Positions 17,545-23,702 of a DNA stretch of 26,146 nucleotides are shown here, in pieces. The number at the start of each line of letters is the position of its first letter. The first letter of the stretch is position 1. The DNA is taken from positions 1 through 26,146 of the IMG/VR virus record IMGVR_UViG_3300032040_000043, one strand, 5' to 3'. A program made the position numbers and the translations under genes. The notes below the pieces were generated by a model that worked only from the letters and a program-made list of their open reading frames with translations, was not told the DNA's origin and searched no databases. The stretch comes from a virus. Taxonomy: Duplodnaviria > Caudoviricetes.

Positions 17545-18769
17545 CCTGTTTTTTTTCTTTAGGTTCAGCAGAAATCATTTTTTTAATTTGGGATTCATTC
17601 AAGAGATTGCTCATTTGAAGGAATTCTTCCCCGCCATCGGAAGGGTTCATATCTTCCAGCTCGCGGATCTCATTCGGGGTGATGGCTCGCACAAAGACAA
17701 GATCTTTGTAGAACTGGCCACGCGCTGCGGGATCGGCCTGCAATAGTTTTTTGAAATTCTGAAAGATGTACACTCCTTTTTTCCTTTCGGAAGGGGTGAA
17801 AGATTTTCGCTCCAGTTCCTGTTTGAATTTTTCAGCAAAAGGCATAATGGCCGATTGCACGTATTCAATAGAAAGTTGCACGATGAAATTATAACCGCCT
17901 TCGCCTTTGATGTGCAATTTGTAGGACGGGATCTGGAACCAGCGGGCAATATCTTCAATTGAAGCAGCGTAGGTTTCAATAAATTTTGAATCGGAAGGAG
18001 AAAGGACCAGGCTTTTGTATTTAAAACCTTCATCCAGGATAGCGGCCCGGTGTTTGTTCCCGGAAGAAAGCGCAGCGGTCCAGGCTTCGGAAATGCGTTT
18101 TTTTCCTTCCGGTTTTACAGCAAGATCGGTCTCAATAACTCCCTGTGAAATTCCGCGATCCTGCAAAGAATCACTCCCAAATTTTTGAGCTGCCAGGGAA
18201 ACGCCCATATTATCGGCTGCGTGGTGAATGATGCTTTTCCCGGTGATCCCATCAAAGGAAAAGCCTGGAATGTGCAATATTTCGGAAGCTGAATATGGTA
18301 CCTGATTTTTGTATTTGTAGTATAATTTTCCGTTGCTTTCCAAAACGCTGACATCGTCGTGCTCCAGGAAGTTGTAGGAAATAATGTTCCCGGAATTGTC
18401 GCGAACGATAAGCGCATAGGCATTTCCCTTCATCAAAACAGAAACGGCCAGGATAAACTTAAAGGTGAAGGCGGTCATTTGTGAATTTGGCTCGCGGTAT
18501 AAGAGGTAATCGGCTGGGTGATCTGTGAAGTGTTCCCTGGTATTGCCGGTTTTTATCATTACGGAATGCGGCAGCAAGGCGAACGAATTTGCGATGGTAT
18601 TCACGGCGCAATAAAAAGCGGAAATGGCGAGGGCGGAATGGGTGTTGACTTTCTTGCCAGCTTCGGTAAGTTTGAAACCAAAAAAAGGCCAGGAACTACC
18701 GTCGGTAAGTCCTGACCTCAATTGAGGGGTAACTAAATTTTGAACTGCAGCTGTGAATAAGTTACTCAT
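17534..18769 (-). CDS. Portal protein, HK97 family
   Basis: AFYCAVNTIANSFALLP, EPNSQMTAF, GNAYALI, EILHI...DGITGKS, EDIARWFQIP, ITPNEIRELEDM. Confidence 0.95.
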   Translation of the reverse strand: MSNLFTAAVQNLVTPQLRSGLTDGSSWPFFGFKLTEAGKKVNTHSALAISAFYCAVNTIANSFALLPHSVMIKTGNTREHFTDHPADYLLYREPNSQMTAFTFKFILAVSVLMKGNAYALIVRDNSGNIISYNFLEHDDVSVLESNGKLYYKYKNQVPYSASEILHIPGFSFDGITGKSIIHHAADNMGVSLAAQKFGSDSLQDRGISQGVIETDLAVKPEGKKRISEAWTAALSSGNKHRAAILDEGFKYKSLVLSPSDSKFIETYAASIEDIARWFQIPSYKLHIKGEGGYNFIVQLSIEYVQSAIMPFAEKFKQELERKSFTPSERKKGVYIFQNFKKLLQADPAARGQFYKDLVFVRAITPNEIRELEDMNPSDGGEEFLQMSNLLNESQIKKMISAEPKEKKQDEN

Positions 18770-18870
18770 TAACCAACCAATGATTATTATGAGTTGTAAA
18801 CTTATAGCAGTTTTAAGGGGATTTTATGAACTATTAGTTCGTTTGTTTGGAAAGTTGTTTAAAAAGTTTA

Positions 18871-18894
18871 GGGTTTGGGGTTTGGGGTTTGGGG
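18871..18894 (+). repeat. Heptamer repeat GGG(TTTGGGG)3; potential G-quadruplex
   Basis: GGGTTTGGGGTTTGGGGTTTGGGG read directly from the sequence. Confidence 0.8.
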
Positions 18895-18903
18895 TGATAA
18901 TAG

Positions 18904-18954
18904 ATATATCGACAATAGGGGATATCTACTATTGGTGATATACTAATGTTAGCA
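18904..18954 (+). promoter_or_regulatory. Candidate attI-like (or truncated attC) recombination site at the left end of the cassette array
   Basis: Imperfect hairpin TATATCGACAATAG...CTATTGGTGATATA followed by CTAAT-GTTAGCA. Has the GTT core but no upstream AAC partner. Confidence 0.5.
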
Positions 18955-18959
18955 ACAAG

Positions 18960-19280
18960 CTAAAAATCCGCTATAATTTGAGAAAGCCGAATCCTGATAT
19001 CATCATTCCCAAAATAATCTATTTCTAATAAAATTGGTTGTTCTGGTAATGGCTCTAAAAATTCAGCAACCCGATACCATTGCGCTCTATCAATTTGCAA
19101 AACATCTGGGACAGCATTCTGAAAATCGTTAGTTTGATGAGCTTTAACCGTTATATCATTCTTACCCAATCTGTTAAATATCCAATTGTTTTCCGTGAAT
19201 ATAATCTGATTAAATCCCTTATTATCTAAGGCTTTTTTTAGCATAAAAGCTAAATACTTTGTTGAAAACAATACTTTCAT
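18960..19280 (-). CDS. Cassette 1 hypothetical protein (106 aa)
   Basis: Single ORF filling cassette 18949-19392. Confidence 0.75.
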   Translation of the reverse strand: MKVLFSTKYLAFMLKKALDNKGFNQIIFTENNWIFNRLGKNDITVKAHQTNDFQNAVPDVLQIDRAQWYRVAEFLEPLPEQPILLEIDYFGNDDIRIRLSQIIADF

Positions 19281-19321
19281 AATTTTAGTTTAATTTGATT
19301 AATTCTGATTGAAAAGCCAGA

Positions 19322-19398
19322 TGCCAACACCGCATATAAAATAACGGCTGAAATCCTCAATGCGTGGAGCCGTCATTTTATATACGCATCCGTTATGT
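19322..19398 (+). repeat. attC-like site 1
   Basis: TGCCAAC-ACCGC-ATATAAAATAACGGCT...AGCCGTCATTTTATAT-ACGCATCC-GTTATGT. Confidence 0.82.
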
Positions 19399-19725
19399 GG
19401 AACTCTTAAGGTTATACATTTTGTTTGCTTCATTTATCACTAAAATCCTTGCCTCATCAACATCATCTGTAAAATCAATGTGATAATATTTTTCAGGGGT
19501 TTGAACCGTTGCGCAATATTTATCTTCAAATTCCCCGTTATGAGGGATTTCTAAATTAGCAACATCTGGCACTATATTTTTGGTTTCAAAGAAATCTACA
19601 ATAACACTATATCTCATTGCTATTGGTAGTCCGTTAAAACAATTATCATTACCAAAATATATATTCCCGTATTTTTCGTTATAATACTCGCTAAATTCTT
19701 CTGCTGCTTTTCCTGTTAATTCCAT
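19393..19725 (-). CDS. Cassette 2 hypothetical protein (110 aa)
   Basis: Single ORF filling cassette 19393-19831; its TAA stop overlaps the GTTA core. Confidence 0.78.
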   Translation of the reverse strand: MELTGKAAEEFSEYYNEKYGNIYFGNDNCFNGLPIAMRYSVIVDFFETKNIVPDVANLEIPHNGEFEDKYCATVQTPEKYYHIDFTDDVDEARILVINEANKMYNLKSST

Positions 19726-19763
19726 AATTTTAAATCTTAGTTATTTAGTTAGTTTTTAAACCC

Positions 19764-19837
19764 ACATAACATCATATAAAAAACAGTTGCCAGTTAGTTT
19801 GTGGTAAGGCAACCGATTTTTTATACACACGTTATAA
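19764..19837 (+). repeat. attC-like site 2
   Basis: ACATAAC-ATCAT-ATAAAAAACAGTTGCC...GGCAACCGATTTTTTAT-ACACAC-GTTATAA. Confidence 0.85.
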
Positions 19838-19850
19838 AAAATAGCAAAGT

Positions 19851-20171
19851 CTAAATTTGTGCTGATCTATCTTTTAAATCTTGGAGTATATCATTAACTG
19901 TTTCGTTATCTTCTAAAATATCAGCACAAAATTGATTTATGTCGTGTTCCTGTTTTGAGTTAATTAAGGATTTTATGGAACTAATTGTGTAATTTGTTTT
20001 ACTCATATCCAACGTGCATTCATTCATAAAAGCTTGCACCCTTTCTTCCATCGCGTGGAGGTCTAATACTTCGGCACAAATTTGCTCAAGTAATTCATCT
20101 TTTGTCATTGCTGAATATTCAGCAACTAATTCAGGATAATTTTCTTTTAATTTTTCTAATTTACTCATCAT
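19851..20171 (-). CDS. Cassette 3 hypothetical acidic helical protein (106 aa)
   Basis: Single ORF filling cassette 19832-20269. Confidence 0.78.
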   Translation of the reverse strand: MMSKLEKLKENYPELVAEYSAMTKDELLEQICAEVLDLHAMEERVQAFMNECTLDMSKTNYTISSIKSLINSKQEHDINQFCADILEDNETVNDILQDLKDRSAQI

Positions 20172-20199
20172 TAATAATTTTTGGTTAAAAATCTACTTT

Positions 20200-20275
20200 T
20201 TATAACATCGTATAAAAAACAGTTGCCAGTTAGTTTGTGGTGAGGGCAACCGATTTTTTATACCTGGCGTTATAG
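20200..20275 (+). repeat. attC-like site 3 (near-identical to site 2)
   Basis: TTATAAC-ATCGT-ATAAAAAACAGTTGCCAGTTAGTTTGTGGTGAGGGCAACCGATTTTTTAT-ACCTGGC-GTTATAG. Confidence 0.85.
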
Positions 20276-20279
20276 AGAA

Positions 20280-20525
20280 TTAGTTCCTCCATAACCTATT
20301 ATCGTCATCTACATACTGGCAATCAATTATTAGCTTTTTAGCTTCCATTAAATTATCAATATAATCACATTCATAGGCTGTGTCTTGTGGTCTTTTGCAA
20401 ACACTTTCAGCTTCTTCTTTGGTAAACTTGTGAGCATTGTTAATATCACAAGTATATCCGTTTCTGCCTTCTTTCCACCAAATCAAAGCGTTTCCTAAAA
20501 ATCCTTCATTTCTTACGTAATACAT
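20280..20525 (-). CDS. Cassette 4 hypothetical protein (81 aa)
   Basis: Single ORF filling cassette 20270-20610; GFLGNALIWWKEGRNGYTCDINNAHKFTKEEA. Confidence 0.78.
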   Translation of the reverse strand: MYYVRNEGFLGNALIWWKEGRNGYTCDINNAHKFTKEEAESVCKRPQDTAYECDYIDNLMEAKKLIIDCQYVDDDNRLWRN

Positions 20526-20558
20526 ATTTTTGTTTTTTATTTGATTAAAATTAACTCT

Positions 20559-20616
20559 CTATAACACTACCTATAATCCATTGCGAAAGCAACGTATCAT
20601 AGCCAAACCGTTGGCA
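20559..20616 (+). repeat. attC-like site 4 (short, 58 bp)
   Basis: CTATAAC-ACTAC-CTATAATCCATTGC-GAAA-GCAACGTATCATAG-CCAAACC-GTTGGCA. Confidence 0.8.
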
Positions 20617-20620
20617 GCAA

Positions 20621-20845
20621 TTAACCACCACTCTTATTCTCTTTAATATATTTTAATGCTTCAACACCTGCAAGGCGTTCGCTATTCCAAAACTGGATAT
20701 AAGCGGCTTTAGTTTCTCCGTGTCCGCAACAAGCGTTCATTACATTTGGAAGCGTTTCGATGCATCCGTCGTGTCCTTCAAGTGTCCTGTGAATGCCGCA
20801 ATGTCCACATACTACCTTCGCATAACCATCTAAATAATTTCCCAT
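20621..20845 (-). CDS. Cys/His-rich putative metal-binding protein (74 aa)
   Basis: CGHCG...EGHDGC...NACCGHG. ATG at 20845 (track uses TTG at 20857). Confidence 0.72.
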   Translation of the reverse strand: MGNYLDGYAKVVCGHCGIHRTLEGHDGCIETLPNVMNACCGHGETKAAYIQFWNSERLAGVEALKYIKENKSGG

Positions 20846-20958
20846 AGTTGGCAGCAATTGAAATTACTCTTTATCCAGAACAATCCAAACGTAAATTCTG
20901 TTTTTCTTGGAGCCATAAATACATCCATTTTAAAAACAATAAATTTTCCTGGAACCAT
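20830..20958 (-). CDS. 42-aa small ORF (not in track)
   Basis: MVPGKFIVFKMDVFMAPRKTEFTFGLFWIKSNFNCCQLWEII*. A-rich leader; overlaps the start of the next gene. Confidence 0.4.
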   Translation of the reverse strand: MVPGKFIVFKMDVFMAPRKTEFTFGLFWIKSNFNCCQLWEII

Positions 20959-20974
20959 AATTTTGAATTTTAAA

Positions 20975-21085
20975 TTAATTCACCGGTCCGTGGATCAATC
21001 CAAAGAGGAAGATCGCAAAAACGAGTGAACAAAAAATAGCTTGTGGAAGATTGAAATGTGAGCGAATTGCTTTAATGGTTTTCAT
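20975..21085 (-). CDS. 36-aa hydrophobic peptide (not in track)
   Basis: MKTIKAIRSHFNLPQAIFCSLVFAIFLFGLIHGPVN*. First ORF after the leftward promoter; A-rich leader. Confidence 0.5.
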   Translation of the reverse strand: MKTIKAIRSHFNLPQAIFCSLVFAIFLFGLIHGPVN

Positions 21086-21106
21086 AATACTTGGTTTTTG
21101 TTTTCT

Positions 21107-21137
21107 CAAATATACAAAGTTTTCTTTAATAAACAAA
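21107..21137 (-). promoter_or_regulatory. Leftward Bacteroidota sigma70-type promoter facing the cassette genes
   Basis: -7 TATATTTG (21114-21107) and -33 TTTG (21137-21134), 19-nt spacing. Confidence 0.65.
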
Positions 21138-21143
21138 TATAGC

Positions 21144-21175
21144 TTTGTTTTAATCTTAGTTTTATTTTATATTTG
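21144..21175 (+). promoter_or_regulatory. Rightward promoter for the HTH gene
   Basis: -33 TTTG (21144-21147) and -7 TATATTTG (21168-21175), 20-nt spacing. Confidence 0.65.
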
Positions 21176-21207
21176 TTTATATTCCTTTGTTTTTGTAGTT
21201 TAGCCTT

Positions 21208-21396
21208 ATGGAACGAAACGATACCCGCCTGGATATATTAATGGCCGAAAAAGGCATTAGGACCGATAAAGAACTAGCAGAAGCTTTGGGCTTTAGTCAG
21301 CAGCAATTGTCTTTCAGGTTAAAGAAGATCTCTATAGACACTTTAGAAACATTGGCGGGGTTTTTCGGGACGTCGGTTAAGGACTTGCTAAAGTAG
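21208..21396 (+). CDS. Cro/C1-type (XRE) helix-turn-helix regulator
   Basis: LMAEKGI...KELAEALGFSQQQLS...ISIDTLETLAGFFGTSVKDLL. The only convincing plus-strand gene. Confidence 0.88.
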   Translation: MERNDTRLDILMAEKGIRTDKELAEALGFSQQQLSFRLKKISIDTLETLAGFFGTSVKDLLK

Positions 21397-21735
21397 TTTA
21401 GGGTTTATACCGACGGGGGATTTTACGCCGAAGTCGTTCCAGCCGATTTGGGTTGTTTTATTCTTTTGGGTTTGAAAGTTAACGCTATTTTCTGATATTT
21501 TGTTAACCAAACCCCAGCCGTGAAGTCTTAACCCGTAATTAGAAATAAACCTATACACATTGAACATTAGATTTTGATTTAAATCGGGTGTGAATATGTA
21601 AATACCTGATACCGTGTCCATCCTCATCTTCCAGGAATGTTTGTCTTTAAAAATTTCCACCTCAAAATTCATAAACATCTTAAGTTCTTCTGATATATTA
21701 ATACAGATATCTTCTGCTTTTTCTTTATGATTCAT
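21388..21735 (-). CDS. Hypothetical protein (115 aa)
   Basis: Co-oriented ORF converging on the HTH gene with a 9-nt overlap. Confidence 0.6.
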   Translation of the reverse strand: MNHKEKAEDICINISEELKMFMNFEVEIFKDKHSWKMRMDTVSGIYIFTPDLNQNLMFNVYRFISNYGLRLHGWGLVNKISENSVNFQTQKNKTTQIGWNDFGVKSPVGINPKLL

Positions 21736-21758
21736 AATTTATTTTTTAATTATTTTTT

Positions 21759-21947
21759 TTATTTCTTCGGGAACATTCCCCTTAGTATAAAGACTGATAA
21801 GGCAATTTCAACGAGCATCAGTAAAATTACCAGTGTTTTTCTGGTCCAGTTATGGTCAATCCAGCTCCAATCAAGGAGCCAGCTGGTGAGCATTGGCAGC
21901 AAAAATGCCAGGAGCAGGATGCCGGATATTTGAAGTGTTTCTTTCAT
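21759..21947 (-). CDS. Small two-TM membrane protein
   Basis: Two hydrophobic segments; ATGA coupling to the upstream ORF. Confidence 0.65.
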   Translation of the reverse strand: MKETLQISGILLLAFLLPMLTSWLLDWSWIDHNWTRKTLVILLMLVEIALSVFILRGMFPKK

Positions 21948-22174
21948 TTTTTGTTTTTGTGGTAGTGTGCTACCTGGTTGCGAAAGCTGTCGTAACTTTC
22001 ATATCTGTATTCTCCAAAGAGTTCGAAATGTTTGTCGTTCACCAGGTTGAAGGTTTCAAACTGGGTGCGTTGCCGGGGCAGCATTTCAAAATAGTGTTGG
22101 AAGAATCCCTGGCGTGTGCCCAGGGTTTTTAAGAGTTTGATTTCCTGGTGTAATTCTTGAAGTTGGGAGTTCAT
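21944..22174 (-). CDS. Hypothetical phage protein (76 aa)
   Basis: FFQHYFE...FGEYRYESYDSFR; co-oriented, with an ATGA-coupled 3' end. Confidence 0.7.
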   Translation of the reverse strand: MNSQLQELHQEIKLLKTLGTRQGFFQHYFEMLPRQRTQFETFNLVNDKHFELFGEYRYESYDSFRNQVAHYHKNKK

Positions 22175-22239
22175 AATTGGGTTGGGTTAGAGAGACGCCC
22201 AAATTGGGCAGATTTACTGATACGCCCTATAGTGCGTCT

Positions 22240-22680
22240 TTACTGGTTCATCCAGTTTTCAAATTGGGCCATAAATACGGTTTTGGTCATTTGGTCCATT
22301 GCTTCTGATACGTTTTTAAAGCCTTTTTCGTCGGCAAAGGAGTTCATTTGAGTGTGGCGGTTTTTTTCGGTTTGGATGCGGCGTTTTTCTTTTTTTTCTC
22401 TTTCGGAAGATGATTCTGTTGATACGCCCAATTTGGGCGTATGTACGGGATCTCTATCGGCAGCCTCTGGCAGTCCGAATAATTGCGGGGTTTGTTCAGA
22501 TTTTGCGAGTTTGTAGGCGGCAAGCTGCAGTTTTCCGTTGTTGATGATGGAGTTTGAAAGTTGTACGATGGCATATACACGTTTGTCTTCAAATTTTGTT
22601 TTGGTGATCACCCCGTCCAGGGTTTCAAAAAGGAGTTTGTTCAATTTGTTTAAATTGTTTGAATTTGTTGAATCGCTCAT
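22240..22680 (-). CDS. Hypothetical protein coupled to the HNH gene
   Basis: LNKLLFETLD...AIVQLSNSIINNGKLQL helical N-terminus; 4-nt overlap with the HNH stop. Confidence 0.7.
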   Translation of the reverse strand: MSDSTNSNNLNKLNKLLFETLDGVITKTKFEDKRVYAIVQLSNSIINNGKLQLAAYKLAKSEQTPQLFGLPEAADRDPVHTPKLGVSTESSSEREKKEKRRIQTEKNRHTQMNSFADEKGFKNVSEAMDQMTKTVFMAQFENWMNQ

Positions 22681-23459
22681 AATAATTTTTGTAATTTATT
22701 GGTTAATTTAATTGCTGTTTTTAATTGCGGTGGATATTCGTGCCAGTTGCGTTTCAGGTTTTCGGCACGGGTAATGCATTCAAGGTTTTTAAGTTTGCAG
22801 TCCAGGGTATTTTCGTTTTTGAACCAAAGGCAATACCCATCTGGAATAGGTCCGTTTTCTTTTTCCCAAAGTACCCGGTGCCAGGGTTCCCACACGCCCA
22901 ATTTTGTACGGATAAATAAATATTGGGTCCCCGATTTGTGTTTTCGAAGGCTGATTTCGCCATCTCCAGCAGCGGTATTGTGGGGCTGGTTGCCTTTTTT
23001 GAAACAAGTTTTTCTTGTTTTAGCAATTGTCTCTGTCGACATATAGTCTATTTGCTTCATTCCTTTGTTCCAGCCGGGCGTTCCGGGTTGGATCTGGCTT
23101 TCTTTTTTTCGTTTTTCTATGATTTCTTCAGGGATTTTTAACCCCAATTGCCGAAGCCTGGTCATAATTACTCCGTAGGATTTGCCTATTATTTCTCCAA
23201 GAGGTTTTATTGGCATTGTGAGGTAATTCTCCAGGACAAAAGTTTCCATTTCTGCTGTCAAACAAGTGCGGCCCTGCAATCCTTCTCTTCTGAATTTTTC
23301 TTTTATTGAAGCAGGTAAGGAAAGTCCTTTTTTGCGGTAAAGGTTTTGAATTTTACTACGGGAGCAGTTTAGTTTATCTGCCATTTTTCTGGAAGAGAAT
23401 CTAAACCTGTTATTCAGGATAAATGTGATTTCTTTTTGGGTGAATGGGTTGCTGCGCAT
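22677..23459 (-). CDS. HNH-like endonuclease with N-terminal HTH-like repeats and NUMOD-like motifs
   Basis: PGWNKG, FKKGNQPHN, HRVLWEKENGPIPDGYCLWFKNENTLDCKLKNLECITRAENLKRN. The usual first catalytic His position is not His. Confidence 0.8.
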   Translation of the reverse strand: MRSNPFTQKEITFILNNRFRFSSRKMADKLNCSRSKIQNLYRKKGLSLPASIKEKFRREGLQGRTCLTAEMETFVLENYLTMPIKPLGEIIGKSYGVIMTRLRQLGLKIPEEIIEKRKKESQIQPGTPGWNKGMKQIDYMSTETIAKTRKTCFKKGNQPHNTAAGDGEISLRKHKSGTQYLFIRTKLGVWEPWHRVLWEKENGPIPDGYCLWFKNENTLDCKLKNLECITRAENLKRNWHEYPPQLKTAIKLTNKLQKLL

Positions 23460-23653
23460 TATGTGAGTTTTGTCAATTCCATTTTTAAATCGAGGGCCGC
23501 TCTTTTGAGCGCTCCGGTTTCTTTGCAGCCGCGAAAAATATCGTCGCCAGATAGGTAATCTACCTTATTTGAATAGCGTTTCTTAATGGCATCTATCCTT
23601 TTTTGAAGCCTTTTTACTTCTGTTTCAACTTCATTTACATTTTCTATTGTCAT
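23459..23653 (-). CDS. Hypothetical coiled-coil protein (64 aa)
   Basis: Likely start MTIENVNEV at 23653; the track start at 23683 lies within a palindromic repeat. Confidence 0.65.
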   Translation of the reverse strand: MTIENVNEVETEVKRLQKRIDAIKKRYSNKVDYLSGDDIFRGCKETGALKRAALDLKMELTKLT

Positions 23654-23702
23654 AATAATTGGGTTTTGGTTGATGAGACGCACAATTTGTGCGTCTGTAC
23701 GA

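Larger units (their letters stand above)
18948..20616 (+). mobile_element. Integron-like gene cassette array (4 complete cassettes, no integrase in window)
   Basis: Four AAC...GTT hairpin sites separate single ORFs with minimal flanks. The GTT box opening each cassette is the reverse complement of the AAC box closing it. Confidence 0.85.
6066..23700 (-). repeat. Dispersed family of 11 co-oriented 25-26 bp REP-like palindromes, consensus (minus strand) GTAnAkACGCCC-N4-5-GGGCGTmTC
   Basis: Copies at 6066-6091, 9119-9144, 13384-13408 (degenerate), 13413-13438, 14655-14679, 16970-16994, 17003-17028, 22192-22217, 22219-22243, 22421-22446 and 23675-23700. Confidence 0.85.

Noticed and set aside
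19764-20275. CRISPR array suggested by the two near-identical repeats
   Set aside because: The repeats are about 75 bp, separated by about 360 bp containing a whole ORF, and no cas genes are present. The attC model fits better.
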